Source: a virus | IMG/VR virus record: IMGVR_UViG_3300029427_000002 | Span: 1-60,106 of that record | DNA length: 60,106 nt | Direction: 5' to 3' (one strand) | Shown here: piece by piece, positions 26,345 through 35,767 of the stretch | Numbering within the stretch: position 1 is the first letter of the stretch | How the letters are laid out: the number at the start of each line of letters is the position of its first letter | Program-made: the position numbers and the translations under genes | Notes under the pieces: generated by a model | Databases searched by the model: none | Told to the model about the DNA's origin: nothing | Seen by the model: only the letters and a program-made list of their open reading frames with translations

Positions 26345-26776
26345 ATGAATATTGATGAATTTATAGAACACGCAAAAGAAAAAGCAGAAGAATATAAATA
26401 TCGTGCGTGCTTTTTTAAGAGGGGTAATCCTATGTATGCAGCTTATGTTAAACTCACAAAAGACCATGAGCAGTTAGCTGAGTGGCTTGAAAAATTCAAA
26501 GAATATCAGCAGTTAGAGGAACAAGGCAGACTTGTTAAATTGCCTTGTAAATTCGGAACAGAAGTTTACAACATTACTTGGTGGGATGATGTTCAAGAAA
26601 AAGTAGTAGTAAAAGGAAAAACATATTGTCGAACAGTCCGTAAGCACAAGGTAACAAAGTCAATTTTTAGTTACTTTGACATATTGAAATTCGGTAAAAC
26701 CGTATTCCTCACAAAATCAGAAGCAGAAGCAAAACTGAAAGAATTGAGAGGCGAAGAAGATGAAAGTAGTAATTGA
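26345..26776 (+). CDS. Hypothetical protein (143 aa)
   Basis: GAAAGGAG SD. Confidence 0.6.
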   Translation: MNIDEFIEHAKEKAEEYKYRACFFKRGNPMYAAYVKLTKDHEQLAEWLEKFKEYQQLEEQGRLVKLPCKFGTEVYNITWWDDVQEKVVVKGKTYCRTVRKHKVTKSIFSYFDILKFGKTVFLTKSEAEAKLKELRGEEDESSN

Positions 26777-27233
26777 TATACCTAAAGATTTCACAAGAGA
26801 TTATATTGTTGACAAATTCAAAGATTTCTTTTCAAGGGTTATTGCGGATATTGATTGTAAAGGTATGTGTGGTAGATACGAGAAAGAAATTGCTGAAATG
26901 TTTTTAAAGGCATTTGATGATAGCGAGGAAAAGATTTCTTGTAACTGCCAGAACAACAGCAATTCAAGAGATAATGAGCCTTGTTGCAGATGTGATGGCA
27001 TAACAGCAAATATGAATAAAGCTAAGGTCGATAGCTTGGAAATAATCGCACGAATGCTAGACGATAAGCCTTATTATGAATTGAAGTACAGGCTGGTTGG
27101 TAAAAAGGATTATTCTATCGGATATAGTTCTTACGATTTAAAGTCGGTATTAAGTGACATTGATATATATTTTGAGATTGTGGAAAACAATAGAAAGGAG
27201 AGAATTGAGAAAAATGAAAGTAGTAACAGTTAG
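26760..27233 (+). CDS. Hypothetical protein (157 aa)
   Basis: Overlapping start, co-oriented. Confidence 0.6.
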   Translation: MKVVIDIPKDFTRDYIVDKFKDFFSRVIADIDCKGMCGRYEKEIAEMFLKAFDDSEEKISCNCQNNSNSRDNEPCCRCDGITANMNKAKVDSLEIIARMLDDKPYYELKYRLVGKKDYSIGYSSYDLKSVLSDIDIYFEIVENNRKERIEKNESSNS

Positions 27234-27579
27234 TGATTTGATAAAAATTCTTGATACAAAGGAAAATAGATATGGTGCTACAGGAAAACCGAGAATGTTG
27301 AATTTATCTCTAAATGGCAATTTTGCCGGCAGTATTGAATCTGTAAAGCTAGATGGTTATGGAGATGGACTTATTACGGACGTAACTATGGAGATTACCT
27401 CATCTAAATTCACAACAACCAATGCCGACAGGATAAGGAATATGTCGGATGAAGAGTTGCTTGATTTTATATGTTCAATAGAAACTTATGAAGAGGGTAG
27501 CGTTAAGACTATTGAAAATGGGGTTTCAATGCATACAGTGACGGAAGTTAAGGAATGGCTTCAATCAGAAACAGAATAG
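27214..27579 (+). CDS. Hypothetical protein with a C-terminal NADRIRNMSDEEL...WLQSE domain
   Basis: AAAGGAGAG SD upstream of ATG 27214. Confidence 0.6.
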   Translation: MKVVTVSDLIKILDTKENRYGATGKPRMLNLSLNGNFAGSIESVKLDGYGDGLITDVTMEITSSKFTTTNADRIRNMSDEELLDFICSIETYEEGSVKTIENGVSMHTVTEVKEWLQSETE

Positions 27580-27589
27580 GAGCGTTGAT

Positions 27590-27766
27590 ATGACAAATGC
27601 AGAGAAAATTAGAAGCATGTCGGATGAAGAATTAGCAGAGCTTCTTATAACCTTTAAGAACACATTCGGCGAAGAATACGAGGGAGAAGTTAGTTGTATG
27701 GATTGGCTTCAATCAGAAGCGAAAGAAATCGCAACAAATATGGAAAATTTAGATGTAAGGAGATAA
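27590..27766 (+). CDS. Small paralogue of the MSDEEL...WLQSE domain (58 aa)
   Basis: MTNAEKIRSMSDEELAELL...WLQSEAKE; AGGAGCG SD; not in the track. Confidence 0.5.
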   Translation: MTNAEKIRSMSDEELAELLITFKNTFGEEYEGEVSCMDWLQSEAKEIATNMENLDVRR

Positions 27767-27771
27767 TAACT

Positions 27772-28278
27772 ATGAATCCCAAATGGAGTGAGGAGGAAGT
27801 CCTTTTATTAAAAGATAAATATTCTCGCTTAACAAATGATGAATTAATCGCCTTATTTCCTAATAAAACATTTTTGGCAATCTATAAAAAAGCTTATTCA
27901 CTTAATTTAAAGAGAGATGAAGAAATTGAGTTTTTGAACAGGTCAAAAGCCAAAAGTGGTAAAAATGCTAGTAATTGGAATGGCGGCGTTAGGAAAACAA
28001 GAAAAGGATACGTTCAAATATTAATGCCAGAACATAAAAGAGCAGATAAAGGTGGATACGTTATGGAACATATCGTAGTTTATGAAAAAGCCACAGGAAT
28101 AGAAGTGCCGCAAAATTGCTGCATACATCATTTGAACGGGATAAAAAATGATAACAGAATTGAAAATTTATGTATGATGACAAATTCGGCGCATACAATA
28201 TATCATCATACAGGGAAAAAAAGAAGTGAAGAAACCAGAAAACGAATTTCAGAAAGCAAGAGGAAAAAATATGAATAA
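27772..28278 (+). CDS. HNH endonuclease
   Basis: GYVMEHIVVYE...CIHHLNGIKNDNRIENLCMMTNSAHTIYHH. Confidence 0.75.
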   Translation: MNPKWSEEEVLLLKDKYSRLTNDELIALFPNKTFLAIYKKAYSLNLKRDEEIEFLNRSKAKSGKNASNWNGGVRKTRKGYVQILMPEHKRADKGGYVMEHIVVYEKATGIEVPQNCCIHHLNGIKNDNRIENLCMMTNSAHTIYHHTGKKRSEETRKRISESKRKKYE

Positions 28279-28684
28279 AGTGATAATTTCAGGAAGAGTT
28301 GTTAGAGATGTTGATGTTAGATATTCACAGACAGTAAACGGAAGTATGGCAGTAGCAAGATTTACACTTGCCGTTGACAAGAATTTTAAGAAGAAAGACG
28401 ATAAGGCAAATTTCATTAACTGCGTGGCTTTTGGCAAGATTGCTGAAACAGTAGAAAAGCATGTATTTAAAGGCTCAAAGATTGCAGTTATTGGTGAGTG
28501 GACTACAGGCAGTTACAAGAATAGAGACGGAAACACAGTTTACACCAACGATTGCAACATATCTAAGTTGGAATTTTGCGACGGTAAAAATTCAAGCAGC
28601 AGTGCAGAGCCACAGCCAAAACCCGATGATAGCTTTATGAACATTGATGACTCTATTAATAGTGAAGAATTACCATTTGCGTAA
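28271..28684 (+). CDS. ssb: Single-stranded DNA-binding protein
   Basis: [18 protein letters not shown]...[12 protein letters not shown]...[17 protein letters not shown] and an acidic tip EELPFA. Confidence 0.85.
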   Translation: MNKVIISGRVVRDVDVRYSQTVNGSMAVARFTLAVDKNFKKKDDKANFINCVAFGKIAETVEKHVFKGSKIAVIGEWTTGSYKNRDGNTVYTNDCNISKLEFCDGKNSSSSAEPQPKPDDSFMNIDDSINSEELPFA

Positions 28685-28698
28685 GATTGAGGTGGAAA

Positions 28699-29214
28699 GT
28701 GAAAGAAGAATGGAGAGACGTTGTTGGCGCCGAAAAATTTTACAAGGTAAGCAATTACGGAAACATTGTGAATAAACTTACCGGAAAGCGCCTTAAGCCT
28801 TCAAAAAGCGGCTCGCATAATCATATCGAACTTAGATATGGAGTTAATAAGAATTACTTAGTCCACAGACTTGTGGCAGAAGCATTTATTCCAAACCCCA
28901 ATAATTTGCCACAGGTCAATCATATTGACGAGAATAAGAGGAACAATCGTGTTGATAATTTAGAATGGTGCTCTGCAAAATATAATTCTACATATGGCAA
29001 AGGCAGTAAAGCAAAAGAACATAGAGTTATCCAATTTGATTTATCCGGTAACGCTCTAAAAATATGGGAAAGTATAAAAGAGGCCAGTATGAGCTTGGGA
29101 ATAACATATCAAAGTATTTCCTCTTGCTGTAGAGGACTCGATAAATCAGCCGGTGGCTATATTTGGACTTATGCAAATTTGATAGACACTCATTTGCGCT
29201 GGAAAAAGAAATAA
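28699..29214 (+). CDS. NUMOD4-HNH homing endonuclease
   Basis: [21 protein letters not shown] (NUMOD4); [18 protein letters not shown] (HNH); C-terminal IENR-like HTH. Confidence 0.75.
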   Translation: MKEEWRDVVGAEKFYKVSNYGNIVNKLTGKRLKPSKSGSHNHIELRYGVNKNYLVHRLVAEAFIPNPNNLPQVNHIDENKRNNRVDNLEWCSAKYNSTYGKGSKAKEHRVIQFDLSGNALKIWESIKEASMSLGITYQSISSCCRGLDKSAGGYIWTYANLIDTHLRWKKK

Positions 29215-29258
29215 CTCATAGGGCAGTCAGATAATGGCTGTCCTAGAAAGGAAAAATA

Positions 29259-29624
29259 ATGGATTATACAAATAAAATATTTGCAAATATTGCAAAGGAT
29301 ATGTCGGAGCAAAAAGATATTGCAGTTGTAAGAGCGTTTGTATTTCAGATTACAGAACTGCTACAGAAAAATGGCATTATGCCAATATGCACTGAAAGAT
29401 ACATGAATATCAATTCTGATAAATCAAGTTACAGTATTATCAGAAAAATCAATATCTCATTCGATGAGCTTGATTGTACCAAGCATGACCGAGAAGTTAG
29501 AAAACAGGCATACAGAGATTTTATCAAGGAATTTGAGAGCAGAGTTAATTCAAAAGATATATCTGAAAAACTCTTTGAAACTGAATGTATATTATTGGAG
29601 CGTGATAAGTATGAGATTAATTGA
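29259..29624 (+). CDS. Hypothetical protein (121 aa)
   Basis: GAAAGGAAAAATA-ATG. Confidence 0.6.
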   Translation: MDYTNKIFANIAKDMSEQKDIAVVRAFVFQITELLQKNGIMPICTERYMNINSDKSSYSIIRKINISFDELDCTKHDREVRKQAYRDFIKEFESRVNSKDISEKLFETECILLERDKYEIN

Positions 29625-29652
29625 AGTAGACAAACTAAAGGAGGATAAAACA

Positions 29653-30180
29653 ATGTGTAGAAAAATGAAAAGAACAATAATAGCTATGACTTGTGTGATT
29701 GCAATGGGGGGTTTTAATGCTGTACCGGTGTCGGCATGTACGCCACCACTTAAACCACCATCTGTGAAGATTCCAGACATCAATTTCGAGCCCGATGGTG
29801 CTTTAAAAGATGCAATCGACAATGCTGTGAAAAATTGGCTTGAGAAATGCATTCTCGGTACTCCGACAGTGAAATATGCATCTTACTACAAGAGTGCATC
29901 AAGGTATTTTCATTACAGTCACGTAGCGGTAAAGTGGTCAGAGGTCGAAAATGCAACATCCTATAAGGTACGTATCACAAAAGCTGATGGAACATGGAAA
30001 GAATACGATACGACCTATACGGCGTTTTATAGTACTAATTACACTGATGATTTTATCGCAGATGGTATGGACGGAGCCACGGTAAGCGTCAAAGCTTATG
30101 GCGATAACGATACATTTGGCTGTTGGTCAGATGATACTAATATTACGAGATTTAGAAGCATATATCGAAAAGAGAATTAA
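29653..30180 (+). CDS. Secreted/lipoprotein-like protein with an FN3-like domain
   Basis: MCRKMKRTIIAMTCVIAMGGFNAVPVSAC signal; AAGGAGG SD. Confidence 0.6.
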   Translation: MCRKMKRTIIAMTCVIAMGGFNAVPVSACTPPLKPPSVKIPDINFEPDGALKDAIDNAVKNWLEKCILGTPTVKYASYYKSASRYFHYSHVAVKWSEVENATSYKVRITKADGTWKEYDTTYTAFYSTNYTDDFIADGMDGATVSVKAYGDNDTFGCWSDDTNITRFRSIYRKEN

Positions 30181-30245
30181 ACTCGAAATTCAAAACGCTA
30201 TAAATGAGGTTGCTATGCAGACGGCAATTGATATTGTAAAGAGAG

Positions 30246-30854
30246 GTGGAAACATTGAATTATCAGAACATAGCAAGAGCCAAGGCAATAGAACAGGAGA
30301 ATAAAAAGCGACTGTTGAAGCTGAACCCAAAGCTGAATGACAAAAGTGGAATATACTTCTTACTCCGAGAAGATGAAAACGGATTTAAGTATGCGTATAT
30401 CGGACAGGCGGTACATACACTTAGCAGATTGGCAAGCCACCTTGTAGGTTATGAACAGCACATAGACCTTAGTTTGAAACGCCATAAGCTGTACGACAAA
30501 GAGAAAAATCCTTATGGTTGGCGAGTTGAGTTTCTGAATTTCCCCGAAAGTCAGCTTGACGAAAAGGAAAAGCATTACATCAAGCTATATGCTGATAAAG
30601 GCTATCAGCTTAGGAATGTCAGTTTAGGCGGTCAAGGAGAAAATCGTGCCAGTGGTTCAATAGGCGAGAGAAAAGCACCTAAAGGCTATATGCAGGGCAT
30701 ACAGCAAGGCAAAAAGGTATTAGCGAGGGAATTATCCTCTATCGCAGAAAAACACCTTATAATCCGCTTAAAGCCCGAAAAAGAGCATAACAAGGTATCA
30801 CAGAAACAGTATGAAAAGTTTATGGATTTATTGAAAGTAGGCGATTCAGAATGA
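30246..30854 (+). CDS. GIY-YIG nuclease
   Basis: SGIYFLLREDENGFKYAYIGQA...EKHYIKLYADKGYQLRNV; the GTG start is uncertain. Confidence 0.65.
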   Translation: METLNYQNIARAKAIEQENKKRLLKLNPKLNDKSGIYFLLREDENGFKYAYIGQAVHTLSRLASHLVGYEQHIDLSLKRHKLYDKEKNPYGWRVEFLNFPESQLDEKEKHYIKLYADKGYQLRNVSLGGQGENRASGSIGERKAPKGYMQGIQQGKKVLARELSSIAEKHLIIRLKPEKEHNKVSQKQYEKFMDLLKVGDSE

Positions 30855-31126
30855 AGATTTTAAGTAAGAAGAAATACAACAAACTCATTGAAGATTTTGA
30901 GGAATTGCAGAAAAAGGTCGAGGAACTCAAAAGGATAAATGAAAGTCTTGGGAAGAAGTTAGAGGACAAAAAGACAAGTTGCAAAATGAATAACGGAAAA
31001 GACTTCTGTTTTAATTGTGCAAACTCTTACAGATACAAGACATATTGGGGAACAACAGAAGTTGAGCGGTGCGGTTGCTTGCTTGATGTGTCTTGTGAGA
31101 GATTTGAGAGAAAAGAAAGCGAGTGA
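30851..31126 (+). CDS. Hypothetical coiled-coil/Cys protein (91 aa)
   Basis: ATGA coupling. Confidence 0.55.
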   Translation: MKILSKKKYNKLIEDFEELQKKVEELKRINESLGKKLEDKKTSCKMNNGKDFCFNCANSYRYKTYWGTTEVERCGCLLDVSCERFERKESE

Positions 31127-31132
31127 TTCAGA

Positions 31133-31348
31133 ATGAAAAGAAATGATTGCATAGAGGTATTAGACCACTTGAAAGAAAAGCTGAAAGAAAAAGATATAAT
31201 TGCCGTACAGGATAGCGAAGATGATTATAAATGTCCTGTATGCGGTCAGATTTTTACAGGTAAAGATATTATTAAATACTCTTACAAGTGGTGCTATAGC
31301 TGTGGTCAGAGAGTAGATTTTACTCTTCCGAGAAACAGATTTAACTAA
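31133..31348 (+). CDS. Zinc-ribbon protein (71 aa)
   Basis: CPVCGQ...CYSCGQ. Confidence 0.55.
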   Translation: MKRNDCIEVLDHLKEKLKEKDIIAVQDSEDDYKCPVCGQIFTGKDIIKYSYKWCYSCGQRVDFTLPRNRFN

Positions 31349-31415
31349 TTAAAAATCAAAGAAAGGAATAGGTTGTCGCGACATAAAACCGAGGTTTCCT
31401 TTTGGTGGATTTAGA

Positions 31416-32144
31416 ATGATAGTACATTGTTTATTTGAACAGTCAGGCACATTCAAGAATGCTTTCAAAAAGTATGGAATTGAAGCCTATGACTATGATA
31501 TTCAGAATGAATTTGACGAAACCGACTATGTTACTGACCTTTTTAAAGAGATAGAGGGGGGGTATCAAGGCGAGCCGAGTTTGTTCGATAAGATAAGCCC
31601 TGATGATTTAATATTTGCATTTTTTCCTTGCATAAGGTTTGAAAATCAGATAATGCTGTGGTTCAGAGGGCAGTCGGCAAGTCAGAAAAAATGGTCTTTA
31701 GAAGAAAAATGCGAATTTGATATGAATTTGCTTAAAGAAGTGTCACTTATGTATGATTTGGTAAACAAAATGTTTATTATTTGCACGAGAAAAGGATTAA
31801 AGCTAGTAATGGAGAATCCTTATTCAGAAGAGCATTTTTTAAGACGATATTGGTGCTATTCCCCAGCGGTAATTGATAGAGACAGGAGAGATAGCGGAGA
31901 TTACTTTAAAAAGCCTACACAATATTGGTTTTTGAATTGCGAGCCACAGAACAATCTTATTTTTGAGCCAATTAGTTATAATGCTATCGAATGCAAGGAC
32001 GCAATAAGAACAATGTCAAAAGAACATTATGCAAAAACAGGGGCAGACAATAAGAAAACAGCAAGGTCAATGATACACCCACAGTACGCAGATAGATTTA
32101 TCAGGCAATATATTCTTGATGAAGAGATATGGAGAGGTAAATAA
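31416..32144 (+). CDS. Putative DNA cytosine-C5 methyltransferase-like protein
   Basis: CLFEQSGTFKNAFKKYG (motif I-like) and AFFPCIRFE (PC motif-like); weak. Confidence 0.45.
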   Translation: MIVHCLFEQSGTFKNAFKKYGIEAYDYDIQNEFDETDYVTDLFKEIEGGYQGEPSLFDKISPDDLIFAFFPCIRFENQIMLWFRGQSASQKKWSLEEKCEFDMNLLKEVSLMYDLVNKMFIICTRKGLKLVMENPYSEEHFLRRYWCYSPAVIDRDRRDSGDYFKKPTQYWFLNCEPQNNLIFEPISYNAIECKDAIRTMSKEHYAKTGADNKKTARSMIHPQYADRFIRQYILDEEIWRGK

Positions 32145-32335
32145 TGAAAGACGAAACAAAGCAGGAAATACAGATTTTACTTGACCTACTCAAAGGCAGT
32201 CTTACAAGGAATGGTGTAAGTATGGCAACGGACAGAGAAGGTAACTTGATGTTCTTTGATACATCTGCCTATGTCAGAAGTAAAGGTAAGGAATTTGACG
32301 GATTCAGAGTTAATATCAACGATTTAGTGAAGTAA
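32144..32335 (+). CDS. Hypothetical protein (63 aa)
   Basis: TAATG coupling. Confidence 0.5.
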   Translation: MKDETKQEIQILLDLLKGSLTRNGVSMATDREGNLMFFDTSAYVRSKGKEFDGFRVNINDLVK

Positions 32336-32370
32336 CAATGTGACAGAACTTGAAGAACAGGAGCAATAAT

Positions 32371-33186
32371 ATGGCAATATATAGAAATGTTCAACTATCA
32401 TTTTGGACCGATAACAAGGTTGAAGATGATTTTACGCCAGAGGACAAGTATTTCTACATATATTTGCTAACAAATCCACAGACAAATATATGTGGGTGTT
32501 ATGAGGTTAGTTATTCGCAAATGACAAGGCAGACAGGTTATAACAAAGATACTATTATCAGGCTATTAGAAAGGTTTGATAAGGTACACAAGGTTATTAA
32601 GTTTGATTCAGAAACTAAAGAAGTGCTGATATTACATTGGTACAAGTATAACTGGAGCAAATCAGAGAAAGTCTTGGCAGGGGTTTTAGGAGTTGCCAAA
32701 CATATTAAATCTGACGAATTTAGAAAATATGTTAATGATATGGTTGATTCCATTAAAAATGATACCCTATACATAGGGTATACATACCCTATGGAGACAT
32801 CTGTTTCTGATTCTGATACTGTATCTGATTCTGTTTCTGTTAATAATAATATAGTAAATAAAAAGAAAGATAATATAGATAATAATATATATATAAATAT
32901 TATTAGTTACTTAAATAACAGATGTAATACCAGATATAGATACAATACGTCTAATACTAAGAAGCATATCGGAGCAAGAATCAAAGAGGGATATACTGAA
33001 CAGGATTTTTACACAGTCATAGATAAAAAAGTTAATGAATGGCTTGGAACTGAAAGGGAAAGATACTTAAGACCAGATACCTTGTTTGGCACGAAGTTTG
33101 AGAGTTACCTTAATCAGAATGTCGTTTCCGAAAAGCAAGGCAATCAGAATTTCAATAAGGGTGCTATTGACTGGGATAATGTATAA
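32371..33186 (+). CDS. Phage replisome organizer (N-terminal domain plus Phg_2220 C-terminal domain)
   Basis: MAIYRNVQLSFWTDNKV...KYFYIYLLTNPQTNICGCYEVS and C-terminal LRPDTLFGTKFESYLNQ. Confidence 0.75.
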   Translation: MAIYRNVQLSFWTDNKVEDDFTPEDKYFYIYLLTNPQTNICGCYEVSYSQMTRQTGYNKDTIIRLLERFDKVHKVIKFDSETKEVLILHWYKYNWSKSEKVLAGVLGVAKHIKSDEFRKYVNDMVDSIKNDTLYIGYTYPMETSVSDSDTVSDSVSVNNNIVNKKKDNIDNNIYINIISYLNNRCNTRYRYNTSNTKKHIGARIKEGYTEQDFYTVIDKKVNEWLGTERERYLRPDTLFGTKFESYLNQNVVSEKQGNQNFNKGAIDWDNV

Positions 33187-33199
33187 AGGAGCGATGAAA

Positions 33200-33766
33200 A
33201 TGGAGAAATTTTATATTGTAACAAATGAAGATTATTTAAAAGGGTTACATCGTGATGAAGTAATAGAAAAAAACAGAAGAGAATTTATCAAAGATTTTTT
33301 CAATCGCATAGGAATAAGTGGGAATCATTATTATATGTGTGGAAATGGTAGTGTTAATGTTGCGTTTAAGGAAAATACAAAAAGTAATATTGAATTATAT
33401 ATTGATGATATACAGGAAAATGGCGAAAAATTTGGCAATCAATTAAACAAGCCTAAAATGTTTGCAGGTCAAAGTATGAGAAAGTTTAAAAAAGGCTGCA
33501 AAATATTAAAGCAATTTCAAGATGAATGTATTAAAAAGGAGATAGTTATTAATATTTATCCTTTGAGGTGCGGAGACTACTTCAAAGAAACGGAAATGGG
33601 TGGCTATTCAATAACAAGATTTAAATGCAATGGAAAACAATACTTGCGTATGAGTACTAATTGCTATAATTCATTAACTCCTTGCGAAAATGGCTTTGAA
33701 GAGATAAAAGGTAGTGAGTTTTTTAAAGCACTTGAATCAGTAAGGGCAGGTGGTAAGAATGAGTAG
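33200..33766 (+). CDS. Hypothetical protein (188 aa)
   Basis: AAGGAG upstream; ATG 33194 is also possible. Confidence 0.6.
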   Translation: MEKFYIVTNEDYLKGLHRDEVIEKNRREFIKDFFNRIGISGNHYYMCGNGSVNVAFKENTKSNIELYIDDIQENGEKFGNQLNKPKMFAGQSMRKFKKGCKILKQFQDECIKKEIVINIYPLRCGDYFKETEMGGYSITRFKCNGKQYLRMSTNCYNSLTPCENGFEEIKGSEFFKALESVRAGGKNE

Positions 33767-33938
33767 ATTAGATGATACGCTCAATAAAATAAATTTTAGA
33801 AGTGATTATCCGTACAACGGAAAGATTGAATCACTTTTAAGAACAATAGCAATCAATAGTGCTATTATATGTGACAAGTTAGACGCTATATCGAATCAAT
33901 TAAAAGGGAGCAGCAATGACAAGAGAAGAAACGGTTAA
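33759..33938 (+). CDS. Hypothetical protein (59 aa)
   Basis: GGTGG SD. Confidence 0.45.
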   Translation: MSRLDDTLNKINFRSDYPYNGKIESLLRTIAINSAIICDKLDAISNQLKGSSNDKRRNG

Positions 33939-34575
33939 AATTATCCGCATTATGTGTGATTGCTACCCTAACTACAAACCTAACAATTTATCCGAAACAG
34001 TAGATGTGTGGAATATGATGTTGGAAAATTACAGTTATGAACAAGTGTCAGTCGCACTTAAAGCATATATCAACTCTGATATAAGCGGATTTGCTCCAAG
34101 TATAGGACAGTTGATAGGTAAAATACAGACTATATCACAGCCACAGGAACTTGATGGAATGGCAGCTTGGGGGTTGGTCAGTAAGGCGTTACGGAATGGT
34201 ACATATGGGGCAGTTGAAGAATTTAACAAGCTACCACCACTTGTCAGGCAAGCGGTTGGTATGCCAGATAACCTTAAAAACTGGGCGACATCAGATTACC
34301 AGACGATTGAAACAGTAATACAATCAAATTTTCTAAGAACTTACGAAACAGTTGTTAAGCGTACGAATGAAATAAATCGTATGCCGAACAATATCAAATC
34401 ACTTATCGAAAAGACGAATGCAAATTCGTATAAGGCTCAAATCGAGCAAAAATTCCAAAGAGATATAAATACATTACAAATTAAAGAAAATGCCCTTATT
34501 GGTCAAAATACAAACGCAGAAGAGTATATTGAAGCACCTCAAGATATTCAAGAAAGAATAAACGCCATGAGGTAA
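33916..34575 (+). CDS. G39P-like replicative helicase loader
   Basis: MTREETVKIIRIMCDCYPNYKP...VDVWNMMLENYSYEQVSVALKAY...APSIGQLI matches the G39P N-domain pattern. Confidence 0.65.
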   Translation: MTREETVKIIRIMCDCYPNYKPNNLSETVDVWNMMLENYSYEQVSVALKAYINSDISGFAPSIGQLIGKIQTISQPQELDGMAAWGLVSKALRNGTYGAVEEFNKLPPLVRQAVGMPDNLKNWATSDYQTIETVIQSNFLRTYETVVKRTNEINRMPNNIKSLIEKTNANSYKAQIEQKFQRDINTLQIKENALIGQNTNAEEYIEAPQDIQERINAMR

Positions 34576-34580
34576 AAATT

Positions 34581-35075
34581 ATGAAACCCAAAAATTGTAT
34601 TTATCCCGATTGCTTTAACTGTACTTTAGATGATTGTTTATACAATACGCTTGAACAGCCGGATATAGTTCAGCAAAATAAACTAGATAAAGAAATTGCC
34701 TTTAGAAATAAATTAGAGCAATTAGAACCTAAGCAAAGAGCAAAGGCTATATATGACAGAATGTATGAACAGAGCGAAAAAGGCAAAGCTAGACGCAGAC
34801 GATATAATCAGTCAGAAGAACATAAAATTAGCCAGAAGAAATATTTTCAGACTAAAAAAGGCAAGGCTGCACAAAAAAGGTATAAGCAATCAGAAAAAGG
34901 CAAAGCTGCACAAAAAAGAATAGAAGCTAAAAGGATTGAAACCGGTAAAAATGCCATATACTGTAAAAGATATCGGGAGAAAAAGAAAAGAGAGGCTATG
35001 TTAAATGAGCAAGTCGGAACAACGAAGATTTCAAGAACAAATGATGAGAGTTCAATTAAACAGGCAGAAGAATAA
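34581..35075 (+). CDS. Basic protein with a Cys cluster and KGKAAQKRY repeats
   Basis: 164 aa. Confidence 0.55.
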   Translation: MKPKNCIYPDCFNCTLDDCLYNTLEQPDIVQQNKLDKEIAFRNKLEQLEPKQRAKAIYDRMYEQSEKGKARRRRYNQSEEHKISQKKYFQTKKGKAAQKRYKQSEKGKAAQKRIEAKRIETGKNAIYCKRYREKKKREAMLNEQVGTTKISRTNDESSIKQAEE

Positions 35076-35277
35076 AGAAAATAAAGAAATGTTTGGTAAT
35101 GCCTTAACGATTCTATTATGGGTCCTACATGATAAATTTGGATTTGGAAATAAGCGACTAGAACGGCTTATTGATGAGATTGACAAATTCAATGAGAATT
35201 TTAACGCAGGGCTTATAGATCCGAAAGAACTTATTGAACAGTTAGAAGAAGAAACAAAAATAAAAATTAAATATTAA
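35005..35277 (+). CDS. Hypothetical protein (90 aa)
   Basis: AGAGAGG SD; 71-nt overlap with the upstream gene, so the start is uncertain. Confidence 0.45.
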   Translation: MSKSEQRRFQEQMMRVQLNRQKNKENKEMFGNALTILLWVLHDKFGFGNKRLERLIDEIDKFNENFNAGLIDPKELIEQLEEETKIKIKY

Positions 35278-35289
35278 GGAGTATGGCTT

Positions 35290-35520
35290 ATGAAGTTTTC
35301 GCAACTTACTAAGCCGGAACTTGAAAAGATATTGGAAAATGCCAATTTTACCGAGGAAGAATTGAGAATTTTCAAGTTGCTTGTGGGTAATATGAGCTTA
35401 GAGCAAATTAGCCAGAGGCTCATGTTATCCAAAGCAACAATTTCAAGGAGAGTTAAGGATATAAAAATCAAGAAAGGACTGATGAAATGGTTAAAACAAT
35501 CCCTATATGGGAAAAAGTAA
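35290..35520 (+). CDS. Sigma-70 region-4/LuxR-type HTH protein (Tn916 Orf7-like position)
   Basis: ELRIFKLLVGNMSLEQISQRLMLSKATISRRVKDIK. Confidence 0.55.
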   Translation: MKFSQLTKPELEKILENANFTEEELRIFKLLVGNMSLEQISQRLMLSKATISRRVKDIKIKKGLMKWLKQSLYGKK

Positions 35521-35684
35521 CACTGACAGTTGAAGAAGCGTCTGAATATAGCAATATTGGAATTAATAGAATTAGTACAATGCTTAATGAGATTAGTTGC
35601 CCCTTTGTTTTAAAGGTCGGAAATAAAAGGCTTGTCAAGCGTAAAGAGTTTGAGAAATATATAGAAAAAAGCAGGGAAATATAG
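35487..35684 (+). CDS. xis: Excisionase (Tn916 Xis-like HTH)
   Basis: 65 aa, LTVEEASEYSNIGINRISTML...VGNKRLVKRKEFEKYI, immediately upstream of int. Confidence 0.65.
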   Translation: MVKTIPIWEKVTLTVEEASEYSNIGINRISTMLNEISCPFVLKVGNKRLVKRKEFEKYIEKSREI

Positions 35685-35767
35685 AGATATATTGAAATAT
35701 AAGCTATTGTGTAGTAATATTAATTATCACGCAATAGCTCTTTATTTATTGAAAGGAGCTAAAGAAA

